A DNA stretch of 64,000 bases from contig CAVQBK010000003.1 in assembly GCA_963710755.1 (NCBI GenBank), positions 256,001-320,000 of the forward strand, in the 5' to 3' direction. This DNA is from an uncultured bacterium. GTDB lineage: Bacteria > Oederibacteriota > JAAXVQ01 > JAUVAV01. Below, in pieces: positions 1 to 9,125 of this stretch. Within the stretch, counting starts at the first letter, position 1. Each line of letters opens with the position of its first letter. The translations under genes and the position numbers were made by a program. The notes beneath the pieces are model-generated. The model saw only the letters and a program-made list of their open reading frames with translations. It had not been told where the DNA came from and did no database searches.

Positions 1-166
1 CCCCACTATTTCCACGTCCTCGCCAATACCTTGCTGGACTGCCTCATCGCTTATCCCCAAATATTTCCCTATCCCGGTTTTAGAGTGGCTACCTGGGACG
101 TCCTTCGATAATATGATATCCCTTGTGCAGTGCAATTTTGCAGTCGCGTGCAATAATAGCCGGCAC

Positions 167-511
167 CTATTTCGAAGGAAGTAGTCTGGCCATTTGGCTG
201 ACCAATTCAGGCACATGCTGCTTGGCTACTCTCCACAAAAGTTCATCTTCGATTTCTCCGTATTCGTGGGCAATGACATTTCTTTGAGCAATAATCTTTC
301 CCCATGGAATTTGAGGATTATTTTTTTGAAAGGACTTTGATACTTTATTGGCAGCTTCACCAATAATTTCAATATTTCTTTCTATCGCATTTCGAAGTTT
401 TCTATCTGAAGCATAATCATGATAGGTCTGATCAGCTATGAATTCCATAACCGCTTTCCCTGCATCCAGCATATCCCACAGGTAGGCCAGATCCCTCTCT
501 TCAGGCTGCAT
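167..511 (-). CDS. HepT-like (DUF86) HEPN ribonuclease toxin
   Basis: RNVIAHEY matches the HEPN RX4H-Y motif. About 115 aa. Likely ATG at 511 overlaps the stop of the upstream MNT gene. Confidence 0.9.
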   Translation of the reverse strand: MQPEERDLAYLWDMLDAGKAVMEFIADQTYHDYASDRKLRNAIERNIEIIGEAANKVSKSFQKNNPQIPWGKIIAQRNVIAHEYGEIEDELLWRVAKQHVPELVSQMARLLPSK

Positions 512-803
512 AAATAACCTCTCGATTATCAAGGATGGCTTGCCTGCGATAAGGATTCCTTATTCCTTTCTTGGATACCAGGTCGACTTTTTTCAAAAAC
601 AAGGCCTCCAGCTCATGCTGCATATCAATCCAATCGTATAGACTCCAGCCGGAATTATTGAGAAACTCCACCAGCACATCAACATCGCTGTTGGAGGTAA
701 AATCGTCACGAAGAACAGAACCAAAAAATGAAAGTTCCGCTATCTTCCATTTTTGGCAAAAATCTCTTATTTTTTGGTGATCAATACTGATGTGAGGACT
801 CAT
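501..803 (-). CDS. MntA-like minimal nucleotidyltransferase antitoxin
   Basis: FFGSVLRDDFTSNSDVDVLVEF contains the GS-x10-DxD motif. 100 aa, directly upstream of the HEPN gene (type VII TA layout). Confidence 0.9.
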   Translation of the reverse strand: MSPHISIDHQKIRDFCQKWKIAELSFFGSVLRDDFTSNSDVDVLVEFLNNSGWSLYDWIDMQHELEALFLKKVDLVSKKGIRNPYRRQAILDNREVIYAA

Positions 804-940
804 TTTTATTCCTTAACCAAGTGATGAATTTATGATGACAGATATTTGATGACGAGGCAATATTTTATTGTTGTCTAAGCTGTCAATAACAATAGCATGC
901 ACCGGTTGAGATCCATCGGTATGAGAAAAACCGGTGGCTG

Positions 941-1126
941 TTACCGGTTGCGCCTATAATTTTCCACGCTGCGGTCATAGGTCTTTTCCGCTTTGGCGTC
1001 AAAATAACAAGCCGGCAATTCGCCCATCTTGCGGTGATAGTGAAGGCATTCACAGCAGAGGCCCTTGCGGGAACAGGGGTAGGAACAATTGCAGTCGTTT
1101 CTATTATGCTCTTGTTTGCATTCCAC
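941..1126 (-). CDS. Small Cys-rich DUF6485-like protein
   Basis: [31 protein letters not shown] pattern. Probable GTG start at 1126 with GGGGAG SD. Confidence 0.75.
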   Translation of the reverse strand: MECKQEHNRNDCNCSYPCSRKGLCCECLHYHRKMGELPACYFDAKAEKTYDRSVENYRRNR

Positions 1127-1300
1127 CGGCTGATCTCCCCTACAAAAATCTTTCTTCCATTCCGGCGTTATATCCAACCTGGAACTATCGGTTGGCCGTG
1201 CAGGGTACAGGCAGGCCGGTACCCTGCAACAAGGTTTTTTTAAATGCTGCCCAAGGATGAGGTCGCACTTCTTTTTATTACACCCTGAACATTAATAGCA

Positions 1301-1981
1301 TCAGGCCGTCCTTTTTTTACTTCTGCTTTTCTGCTTAACCGCTTTAACCGCCGCGATCAAGGGTTTATAGCGTTTGGCCTGTTCATCGAATTCATAAAAT
1401 TTGGCATGTTTGATGTCAAACCACCAGGCATGAAGCTGCAGGGTGCCCTGATTGATCCGTCGGTAGATGGGGGGATAGGTTTTGAGATGGCTCAATTGCA
1501 TGAGCACATTAAGCTGGGAGATTTGATTGAGATCGGACAAGGACTCATCGATCTCCACGGTCTCCTCCACCTCCGCGATGGAAGCACGCTGCAGGCGTAG
1601 CCATGATTCCAGATTGGGCATGCCGTCCAACGCCATGCCCTGATAAATGACCTGCATGGCCCCGCATTCGGAATGGCCGCAGACGATGATGTCCTTGACG
1701 TCTAATTGAAAAAGCGCGTACTCAATGGCCGCGCCTACAGAAACGCTTCCGGCCGAGAGGCCGCCCGGTCCGCAAGGCGGGACCATGTTGCCGATATTGC
1801 GGATGATGAACAAGTCCCCCGGTTGGCCTGAGGTCATGGCGGAAGGCAAAATGCGGCTGTCCGCACAGGTCAAAAACAGGGCCTGCGGTTTCTGCCCTTT
1901 GATCAAGGGCGCGATTTTCTTTTGATAGTGGGCTTGCTGTTCCAGCTCGAATTTTTTAATGCCCTCTATGAGTCTTTTCAT
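1301..1981 (-). CDS. Beta-class carbonic anhydrase
   Basis: Zn ligand motifs CADSR and HSEC, plus RNIGN. Confidence 0.93.
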   Translation of the reverse strand: MKRLIEGIKKFELEQQAHYQKKIAPLIKGQKPQALFLTCADSRILPSAMTSGQPGDLFIIRNIGNMVPPCGPGGLSAGSVSVGAAIEYALFQLDVKDIIVCGHSECGAMQVIYQGMALDGMPNLESWLRLQRASIAEVEETVEIDESLSDLNQISQLNVLMQLSHLKTYPPIYRRINQGTLQLHAWWFDIKHAKFYEFDEQAKRYKPLIAAVKAVKQKSRSKKRTA

Positions 1982-2050
1982 TTGCGCTCCTGTAAGGGAT
2001 TAGCGGCGCCCACCCTGGCCGCCATGGTCTGTGCCCATTGCCCGGCTGGT

Positions 2051-2578
2051 TTAGGGGACGCGGTCAAAAAAAGGATTCTTGGCCTGGGCGGACAGGGGTA
2101 CGCCATAGGCAATCTTAACCTTCTCACCCAGCAGCTGGAGCGAGAGCGCGGCCATGCCCATGCTGTACATCACCCGGTTGTCGGCATGATGCAGCCCGGC
2201 CACCGCCACCGCCGAACCCAGGGCAATGCCCAGATCGCCGGTGTTGAAGGCGCAGATGCCGTTCTGGGTGCGGTTGTCAGCGCAGTCCCTAAACCCGCAC
2301 AGTCCGCAATACTTGAGGTCCATGGTTTTAATTTTGGTACCCACGAGCATGGCCACTTCGGCATGCTCGCGCACATTGGCTGCGTCGCGCAGGAAAGAGG
2401 GCACTTGTTGTTCCTTGCCCAGCCGTTCCATTTCCCCGGCCAGGGTAAGTAAATCCGCTTTTTCCAAAATAGCGATTTCCAGATTATCCTGACCCCGGCC
2501 CTTGGGCGCGGTGACCGCAGCCAGCACCATCTTGTGAGCCACGTCCATTAAGGCTTGTTGTTCCGCATGCTGTATCAT
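2051..2578 (-). CDS. Ferredoxin domain-containing protein (DUF2148-like)
   Basis: TAPKGRG, CGLCGFRDC, DLGIALGSA, DNRVMYSMG and KNPFFDR motifs. Confidence 0.85.
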   Translation of the reverse strand: MIQHAEQQALMDVAHKMVLAAVTAPKGRGQDNLEIAILEKADLLTLAGEMERLGKEQQVPSFLRDAANVREHAEVAMLVGTKIKTMDLKYCGLCGFRDCADNRTQNGICAFNTGDLGIALGSAVAVAGLHHADNRVMYSMGMAALSLQLLGEKVKIAYGVPLSAQAKNPFFDRVP

Positions 2579-2693
2579 TGTTTCTCCCAGTTAAAGGTTT
2601 TTTCACAGAAACGCGGGAAGAAAAACTTTTATGGATCGCTGCGCGATCATCCCAAAATGATCCTGTGATAAACAGCTTTTATTTACCGCGTGG

Positions 2694-5687
2694 TCACTCC
2701 TGTGACAGTTTAACCAACCCCAGGGCCTGACGCTTGACCCAGCCTTGATGGCCGGCATCGAGGGCCACTTTGATCCAGGCCTCTTCCTGCTCCAGGACCG
2801 CCATACTCATCCCTTCCGGCAAATCAAGCAGGGCCTCGGCTTTGGGATAAGGCCGCAACCGCAGAGGCGCCTGGTTGCTGAGCACCACGGCCTTCTGCCA
2901 CCACAGCGGTTCGCTGGAGCGGGCCGTGGCCCAGAGCACGGTCAGCAGCAGGGCCAACGCCGCCAGGCCTGAACAGAGCTTTAAGGGATTTCCAGCCTGC
3001 GCCCACGGTCCTTCTTTTGCATCCATGACTTTGCGGCCAGCGGCAGGGTTATTTAAAATACCAAAGGAGCGCGGCCAAAGCAACCATAACATCAACAGCA
3101 CGATTAAGATCCAATAAAGGACCACCACCGCGATCCATAATTCATCGGCTGTAAAATACTGATAGAGGTTCTGTATTGCCAGTACCCAGGCCGATGATTC
3201 CAAATTAAGATCCCTGATGGTGGTTAGGCCGTGCACGGTCTTAAGATTAAAAGCAATCGCCTGATCGCGCGGCGCCAGCCAATGAGCGCGCTCATAGGCC
3301 AACACCGCATCCCCCAGGCGGCCCTGGTGCACATAGCAATTGCCCAGGTTAAAATACACGGGACCACCGGCCGCACCCTGATTGAGCAGATCGGTGTAAA
3401 TTTTTTCCGCTTCCTGAAGCCGTCCCTGGTCCATAAACGCATTGGCCTGAGTAAACCGGGCCGCCTGATCCTGGGCCAGCGCCGGATGGGGCGCAAGCAA
3501 GGGCAGCAACAGCACCAGGGCCACTTTAATCTGCTGCTTGGCGTCCTTTTCCTTTTGCTTCCATACGGCCTCAAAAGCACGGAGGGCTGTTTTTAAATCC
3601 TTGTGCAAGGCATGCATATCCTTGGCCGGCAGGGTTACGGCCGCGTAACGCACATATTCACAAGCCGTCAAGGCCACTTTAAAACGGGCCACCAGAGCCT
3701 GAGGAATCTCATTGGCCTTGAAATAACCGGCCAGGCGTTCGGCGCTGATGTAGCTGTTGGGTACTTTAAATTTGGCGGCCAGGTAGTCGGTGGTGATTTT
3801 GGTGAGGCCGTCATAAAAGGTACGGATGGCGCCGTCATAGATGGCGTGTTTTAAGCGGCGCATGGCTTTTTTGGCTTGGGTATAGGCCTGCCGCCTGCGC
3901 CAAGCCTGTTCATCCGCCAATAGGTTGTCCTGGCGGCGGCGCCAGCCAAAGGCGCCCAGCAGCAACAATGGTCCCAAAGCCTGCACCACCCAGAAGCTCC
4001 AGTGATGAACCCAGGAACCACTTAGGTCCGTTCGGCCGGTCAGCGCATGCTTGTTGGGCTGCAAGGATAAGGTGGCACTGTCCAAGGCGGGCGTGATAAT
4101 CGTCTGGCTTTCTGTTTTTGGCCGGCCGCTGACCGTCACCCCCGGGATGGACATGCTCACCGTCTGCCAGGTTTTGAGTTCAGGATCAAAAGCCCGCACC
4201 CGGGCCGGGCCCAGAGCAAAGACCCCCGGTTTTTCAAACACCACCAGATAATGGTAATTCCGTCGGCTGAATATAACCTTGTCCCGGGGATCTACGGTAT
4301 CCTCTATTTTTTCCAGATACACCCGGCAGCCGGACACTGCCGCCAGCAATGGTTCCGGCGCGCTGCTCAAATTGCCCTGGCCGCTTAAGGTAAGCGCGAG
4401 CATGACCGGCCGGCCCGTGCGTGGCGCTGTATCCTGTTGCCAGGCCGCCTGTCCTTGAAAGCAGCCTACCAAGACTTGCTGCTTATGCAGCCCCTGGACA
4501 TCCTTGGGCAGGGGCAGTACCTTGACACTGAGCACATCGGTCAGGTATTGCTGCTGTTTGTTTTTCACACTGATGACCGCCTTGCCCATGGCAATGGAAA
4601 AGGTTCCCGGCCTGATGGGAAACAGAGCGGTGCGGTAATGACGCTCCAACAACCGCTGCTTGGTGCTGGAAATTTGCTCTTCCTTTTGCAAAGGTGGCAA
4701 CGGTTCGGTAATAAAGCCGGAGAGCATGGGTGGCGTATAGGCCATGGTGGTGTGCTCATCGCTGACGTATTGAAGCTTGATGGTCAGGGTGACCTGCTGG
4801 TTGACATAGGCCTGATCCTTGTCCAAATAAGCCTCGAACACCACGCCGTCTTTATCCGCACTCTCCAGCTTGGGCGCTGCCGGCACCAGAGCTTGCCCGG
4901 TTTTGCCTACCCCGCTGAAGCGGCGACGGTAGGTAATACCTGAATTGGTGCCTTCCACCCTGATCTTGAGTTTTTGGCTGCTGTAGGTCTTGTTGCCCAC
5001 TTTGACCCGAATGGGCTCAATCTCAAACAAGCCCGGCTGTTTGCCCAGGTAGACCACGCTAATGAGCCGGTGATGCCAGAGTTGGCCTTGCACGGAAAGA
5101 GGACCAGTGGTCTGGCTGCGGTTGATAATTTCAAAATAGGACAGCTTGGGCAAAATCACCTTGCCCAGGGCATGATTGCTTTTGGCGAGAATATCCACCT
5201 GCAGCGTAAAACTTTCATCCAGATGCACCCGGTCATGATCCAAACTGACGCTTAGTCGCACCGGCTTGCGTCCAGCCGCTGACTCGGGCTCATCGTGGGT
5301 TATAGGCTCCGTGGCCAGCTCCACTTCATTGTCCGCAAGCCAGCCGCCATTGCCCTGCAATGCATCTCCGCCGGGCAGGCTGCGTTCCTGCACGGTATCG
5401 GGCGACACGCTGTAATTTTTAATCATCCCTGTTTTAGGCTTCCCGGTTGGTGTGGCCCAGGGTTTAGGTGACGCCGTTGAGGCCGGCTCCGCGTCCAGTA
5501 TGGGCTCCGTGCTCAGTTCGGCTTCTTCCTGTTCGCGCGCCAGCATAGGTTTGAGCTGCTGATCATAGATTGCCTGATTGACGTTTGGCACTGCCGGTTG
5601 GGAAGCCTTGGAATTGGCAGCCTCCGCCCCGGGGACGAACCAGCTCAGGGCAACGATGAGGATGGCAAGATTGACAAGCTTGGTCAC
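2694..5687 (-). CDS. batD: BatD-BatE fusion (BatD Ig-like domains + TPR + SH3b)
   Basis: Signal peptide (GTG 5687 after AAGGA), BatD-like repeats (AYVNQQVTLT, LSGQGNL), TM, TPR (YFNLGNCY...YERA), C-terminal SH3b (LPEG...WIKV...GWV). Confidence 0.8.
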   Translation of the reverse strand: MTKLVNLAILIVALSWFVPGAEAANSKASQPAVPNVNQAIYDQQLKPMLAREQEEAELSTEPILDAEPASTASPKPWATPTGKPKTGMIKNYSVSPDTVQERSLPGGDALQGNGGWLADNEVELATEPITHDEPESAAGRKPVRLSVSLDHDRVHLDESFTLQVDILAKSNHALGKVILPKLSYFEIINRSQTTGPLSVQGQLWHHRLISVVYLGKQPGLFEIEPIRVKVGNKTYSSQKLKIRVEGTNSGITYRRRFSGVGKTGQALVPAAPKLESADKDGVVFEAYLDKDQAYVNQQVTLTIKLQYVSDEHTTMAYTPPMLSGFITEPLPPLQKEEQISSTKQRLLERHYRTALFPIRPGTFSIAMGKAVISVKNKQQQYLTDVLSVKVLPLPKDVQGLHKQQVLVGCFQGQAAWQQDTAPRTGRPVMLALTLSGQGNLSSAPEPLLAAVSGCRVYLEKIEDTVDPRDKVIFSRRNYHYLVVFEKPGVFALGPARVRAFDPELKTWQTVSMSIPGVTVSGRPKTESQTIITPALDSATLSLQPNKHALTGRTDLSGSWVHHWSFWVVQALGPLLLLGAFGWRRRQDNLLADEQAWRRRQAYTQAKKAMRRLKHAIYDGAIRTFYDGLTKITTDYLAAKFKVPNSYISAERLAGYFKANEIPQALVARFKVALTACEYVRYAAVTLPAKDMHALHKDLKTALRAFEAVWKQKEKDAKQQIKVALVLLLPLLAPHPALAQDQAARFTQANAFMDQGRLQEAEKIYTDLLNQGAAGGPVYFNLGNCYVHQGRLGDAVLAYERAHWLAPRDQAIAFNLKTVHGLTTIRDLNLESSAWVLAIQNLYQYFTADELWIAVVVLYWILIVLLMLWLLWPRSFGILNNPAAGRKVMDAKEGPWAQAGNPLKLCSGLAALALLLTVLWATARSSEPLWWQKAVVLSNQAPLRLRPYPKAEALLDLPEGMSMAVLEQEEAWIKVALDAGHQGWVKRQALGLVKLSQE

Positions 5688-5740
5688 AGTTTGGTCCTTC
5701 TTTTTGAAATGCTTTAAGCGCTTCCCGGCCACGGCCTTTA

Positions 5741-7519
5741 TTACCAGGGTGGTCCCTGATAGTCAGGAGAAGGCTTGGCCTGATCAGGCCATTGTTTCTG
5801 GATGGAATTTTCCTCTGACTCCAAAGACCGCAAGGTGCGTAAAGCTTCGTCCTGGGACATGCCTTTTTGGCGCCGGCCTTGTTGTTCTTCCGAAGTTTTA
5901 GGCTGATGGCCCTGATCCTGGCGTTGCTGGCTTTGTTGTTGTCTTTCCCGGGGCGGCGCCTGCTCTTGCGGTCGGCCCTGGGCCTTGGCCTGCTCCTGAC
6001 CGGGTTTATCCGCACCGCTGCCGGGCTGCTTGCCCTGATCTTGGCCCTGGCTCTGCCGTTGTTGGGGCGCGGTCGTGTGGGTGCGCTTTTTAATCTCTCT
6101 TAATATGATTTCAATATTATATCGCGCCTCCTCGTCGTTTTGATTGAGAATGAGCAATTCCTTGTAACGCTCCAGGGCTTCCTGCCAATAAGCCGGATCC
6201 CCTTCCTGCAGACCCAGGTAAAAGGCGGTGTACCCCAGGTTATAAAGCACCGCCTGGTGCAATCGGTTGCGGGCATGGGCCCGGGCGCGGGTGAAGGCCT
6301 GGTAGGCTTCCATCAGTTTTTGTTGGGCCAGCAAGCTGCAGCCCAGATTGTAATCCGCCAAAGCCTGCTGCGGCTTGAGGCGGCGCGCTTGCTCAAAAGC
6401 CTGTTGCGCATGAATCAAATCGTTTTGCGCAAACCCTTTCAGCCCCTGCTGCATGAGCTGGCGGTAGCTCTGGGCTTGACCGGCCAAAGGCAGGCCCAGC
6501 AGTACCAGCAGCACGGCCACCCGGCTCAGGTGCTTGGGATTTTTTTGTTGCTGGATCAGCAGGCTGGCGGCCACCAGCAGCGCAGCCATCAGGGCCAGCC
6601 AGGGATAGAGCGGCCGCCAGGCATAATAGCCGCTGGTAAAACGTTTAATTTTTTCAAGATGATTTAATTCCGCCACCAGCTGGTCTTCCTGGGCATTGCT
6701 GTCGCTCAAGCGCCAGTAAATGCCGCCGCCGGCATCCGCCAGCTGGGCCAGCCGTTTTTGATTTAACTTGGTGACCACGGCTTTGCCGTGGCTGTCTTTG
6801 ACCACGCCCTGGTCCAGGCTCAGGCCGATGCCCTGGGGCGTGCCCACGCCCAGCACATAAAGCCGGACGCCCTCGGCCCGGGCTTTTCGGAGCGCACTGT
6901 CCATCTTGGCACCGTAATCCTCGCCGTCGCTGATCAGCACCATGACCTTGTTCTTGGCCCCGTTGCGTTCAAAACTGTCCAGTCCCAGGCGTAGGGCTTG
7001 ATCAATAGCAGTGCCTGCCAGCGGCAGGCTTTTGCTGTTCATGGCATCCACCATCAGCCGGAGGGCACCTTTATCGTCCGTAAAGGGACAGCTCATAAAG
7101 GCTTCCCCGGCCCATTGGATGAGGCCAATGCGATGGCCTTCCCAATGATCGATCAGATAGGTCATGGCGCGTTTGCCCCGTTCCAGCCGCGAAGGCATGA
7201 TATCCTTGGCCTCCATGGAGGCGGAACAATCCATCAGGAATAAGATGTCCAGGCCCATGCTGCCGGCCTGCCGGCCCATGACGGTTTGTTGGGGCTGGGC
7301 CAGACCCAGCACGGTAAGGGTAAACGCCAGCATCAGCAGCATGCGGCCGGCCCATTGCAGCCGGGGATAATGATGAACCGTCAGCTGGCGCAGCAAGGGC
7401 GCTTGCGCCAGGCGGTTGAGCGCCTGGGTGCGCTTTTTTTGATGCCACCACCAACCCAGTAGCCAAAGGGGCAGCAGCCAGAGCAACAGTAATAAGTGCG
7501 GCTGATCAAAACGTATCAT
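5741..7519 (-). CDS. batB: BatB-BatC fusion (VWA + TPR + Gln-rich tail)
   Basis: N-terminal TM, MIDAS DCSAS, LISDGED, TPRs (YNLG), DEEARYN, Q-rich region and terminal W. Confidence 0.85.
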   Translation of the reverse strand: MIRFDQPHLLLLLWLLPLWLLGWWWHQKKRTQALNRLAQAPLLRQLTVHHYPRLQWAGRMLLMLAFTLTVLGLAQPQQTVMGRQAGSMGLDILFLMDCSASMEAKDIMPSRLERGKRAMTYLIDHWEGHRIGLIQWAGEAFMSCPFTDDKGALRLMVDAMNSKSLPLAGTAIDQALRLGLDSFERNGAKNKVMVLISDGEDYGAKMDSALRKARAEGVRLYVLGVGTPQGIGLSLDQGVVKDSHGKAVVTKLNQKRLAQLADAGGGIYWRLSDSNAQEDQLVAELNHLEKIKRFTSGYYAWRPLYPWLALMAALLVAASLLIQQQKNPKHLSRVAVLLVLLGLPLAGQAQSYRQLMQQGLKGFAQNDLIHAQQAFEQARRLKPQQALADYNLGCSLLAQQKLMEAYQAFTRARAHARNRLHQAVLYNLGYTAFYLGLQEGDPAYWQEALERYKELLILNQNDEEARYNIEIILREIKKRTHTTAPQQRQSQGQDQGKQPGSGADKPGQEQAKAQGRPQEQAPPRERQQQSQQRQDQGHQPKTSEEQQGRRQKGMSQDEALRTLRSLESEENSIQKQWPDQAKPSPDYQGPPW

Positions 7520-7640
7520 GACTGTCCTTGCGCTTTTTAATTGGTCATCCTGAACCAGGATTTTAACTCAAGGTCTTCTCACTTGCCAATGGTTAAACGC
7601 GTCCGTTTGCGTGACCGGGTTAGGATGGGTTGGCGGCCTT

Positions 7641-8981
7641 TTAGCGACTGACCACTAATTTTTTCAGAGGATAGATACTGGTTTTTCCCCGACTGATGGC
7701 GGCCAGGCGTACATAATACAGCCCCGGCGCCAGGTGATGCAAACGGCAGCGGACCAGCTGCTCTCCGGGAGATACGGTAATGCTGGCCACACGCTCCCCG
7801 GCCACATTGTAAAGCGTGACCCGTCCGCCACCGTCCGCATCCTCAGGCCAGCAAAAAGTCACCTGGTCAACAGCAGGGTTGGGATAAAAAGCATGGGCCG
7901 CAGGTGCAGGATCATTGACCGTGGCCGCTGGGCTGGGCGTGGTGCTTGCGGTTGCAGGCATGATGGTCGTGGTGGTGGCACTGGCCGTGGGGCTCGCGGT
8001 CAGGGTGGGTGTCACGGTGGCGATGAATGAGGCTGTTGGCGTGAGGGTGTTGGTCAAGGTGATGGTGCTGCTCGCCGTCAGGCTGGGCGTCACGGTAAAT
8101 GAATTGGTGTTGGTCGGGGTAACGGACCACGTAGGGCTGTGGGTGGCTGTGGCCGTGGGTGTAGACGTATTGGTCAAGGTCGCAGTAGGGCTCGCGGTCA
8201 GGGTGGGCGTTATTGTGCAGGTGCTGGTGGTGGTCTCGGTAAAGGTGGCGGTGGCCGTGATGGTCATGGTAAACGAGGGCGTGGGCGTAATGGTCAGCGT
8301 GGATGTTGGCGTATAGGTAATGGATTGCGTGGGGGTCATGGTGGCGCTGGGACTGGCGGTAAAGGTTGGCGTCATGCTGGGCGTCGCGGTCAGGGTCGGC
8401 GTGGCGGTAAAGGTTGGCGTGTGGGTTGGGGTTATGGTGGGAGTAGAGGTAGAGGTCGGCGTGCCCAGGACATCGGAAATATAAACGCAGAAGGTGGAAA
8501 AAGAAGCTGCCGGCGACACGCCGGCAGGATCAGGAAAAGGGTTCCATGAATAAGACCGCTGCAAACGGGCGGTGGCATAAGAACTGAGGCCTATGGTGGT
8601 GGAAAATTGAAATTGAATACCCAGATAATAATCGCTGCCATTAACAATAGGCACGGCTGATGACAGAGGCATTTGGTTCCATCCATTCACAGCTTCCTGG
8701 GGAGCGGCTGCAGCCAGGAGATTCTCGGCATACCCGGTGGTGCTGTTGCCTTGATACACCGCAGCCTGTATCTGAGTGCCGGGCGTGGTGATGTTCTGCA
8801 CATAAACCATAATGTAGCTGGCCGTAAAATCTTCAGCAGCGCGAAACATATGGCCGCGAATGGAAGCCGCAAAGGAGGCGCTGCTGTCGGGCAAATTATT
8901 ATTGCCCAGCACCGCTGCCTTGGCTTGGGTTGGACAGCCTAATAATAATATGATCATTATTTTTCTCAAGGTTGTGCGCAT
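7641..8981 (-). CDS. Secreted protein with Thr/Pro-rich linker and T9SS-like C-terminal domain
   Basis: Signal peptide ending AKA, ~150-aa beta-rich domain, long (TPT)n linker, CTD FYPNP...LYNVAGERV...LAPGLYY...KKLVV. Confidence 0.85.
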   Translation of the reverse strand: MRTTLRKIMIILLLGCPTQAKAAVLGNNNLPDSSASFAASIRGHMFRAAEDFTASYIMVYVQNITTPGTQIQAAVYQGNSTTGYAENLLAAAAPQEAVNGWNQMPLSSAVPIVNGSDYYLGIQFQFSTTIGLSSYATARLQRSYSWNPFPDPAGVSPAASFSTFCVYISDVLGTPTSTSTPTITPTHTPTFTATPTLTATPSMTPTFTASPSATMTPTQSITYTPTSTLTITPTPSFTMTITATATFTETTTSTCTITPTLTASPTATLTNTSTPTATATHSPTWSVTPTNTNSFTVTPSLTASSTITLTNTLTPTASFIATVTPTLTASPTASATTTTIMPATASTTPSPAATVNDPAPAAHAFYPNPAVDQVTFCWPEDADGGGRVTLYNVAGERVASITVSPGEQLVRCRLHHLAPGLYYVRLAAISRGKTSIYPLKKLVVSR

Positions 8982-9013
8982 CCTGCCCCCTTGGATAAGG
9001 GTCGGCGACTAAG

Positions 9014-9027
9014 GGTAAGCGTTTACC
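9014..9027. promoter_or_regulatory. LacI/CcpA-type operator-like palindrome GGTAAGCGTTTACC
   Basis: Near-perfect 14-bp palindrome with central CG between two divergent secreted-protein genes. Confidence 0.4.
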
Positions 9028-9125
9028 TTTATTTTCAAGAGCATTGATTACTAATCGGTGTATGCACTTAATAATTTCAAAGCTAAGCCGATCATTTAAT
9101 TACCACTTGCCACAAGGAGGCTTGC

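Noticed and set aside
1-140. Possible HTH or transposase remnant (GKYLGISDEAVQQ on the minus strand)
   Set aside because: Truncated by the window edge and too short to support a call.
167-803. Novel defence system
   Set aside because: A standard HepT/MntA (HEPN/MNT) toxin-antitoxin pair with canonical motifs.
7915-8549. Val/Gly-rich ORFs on the plus strand (also 11525-11782 on minus)
   Set aside because: Antisense shadows of the Thr/Pro linkers.
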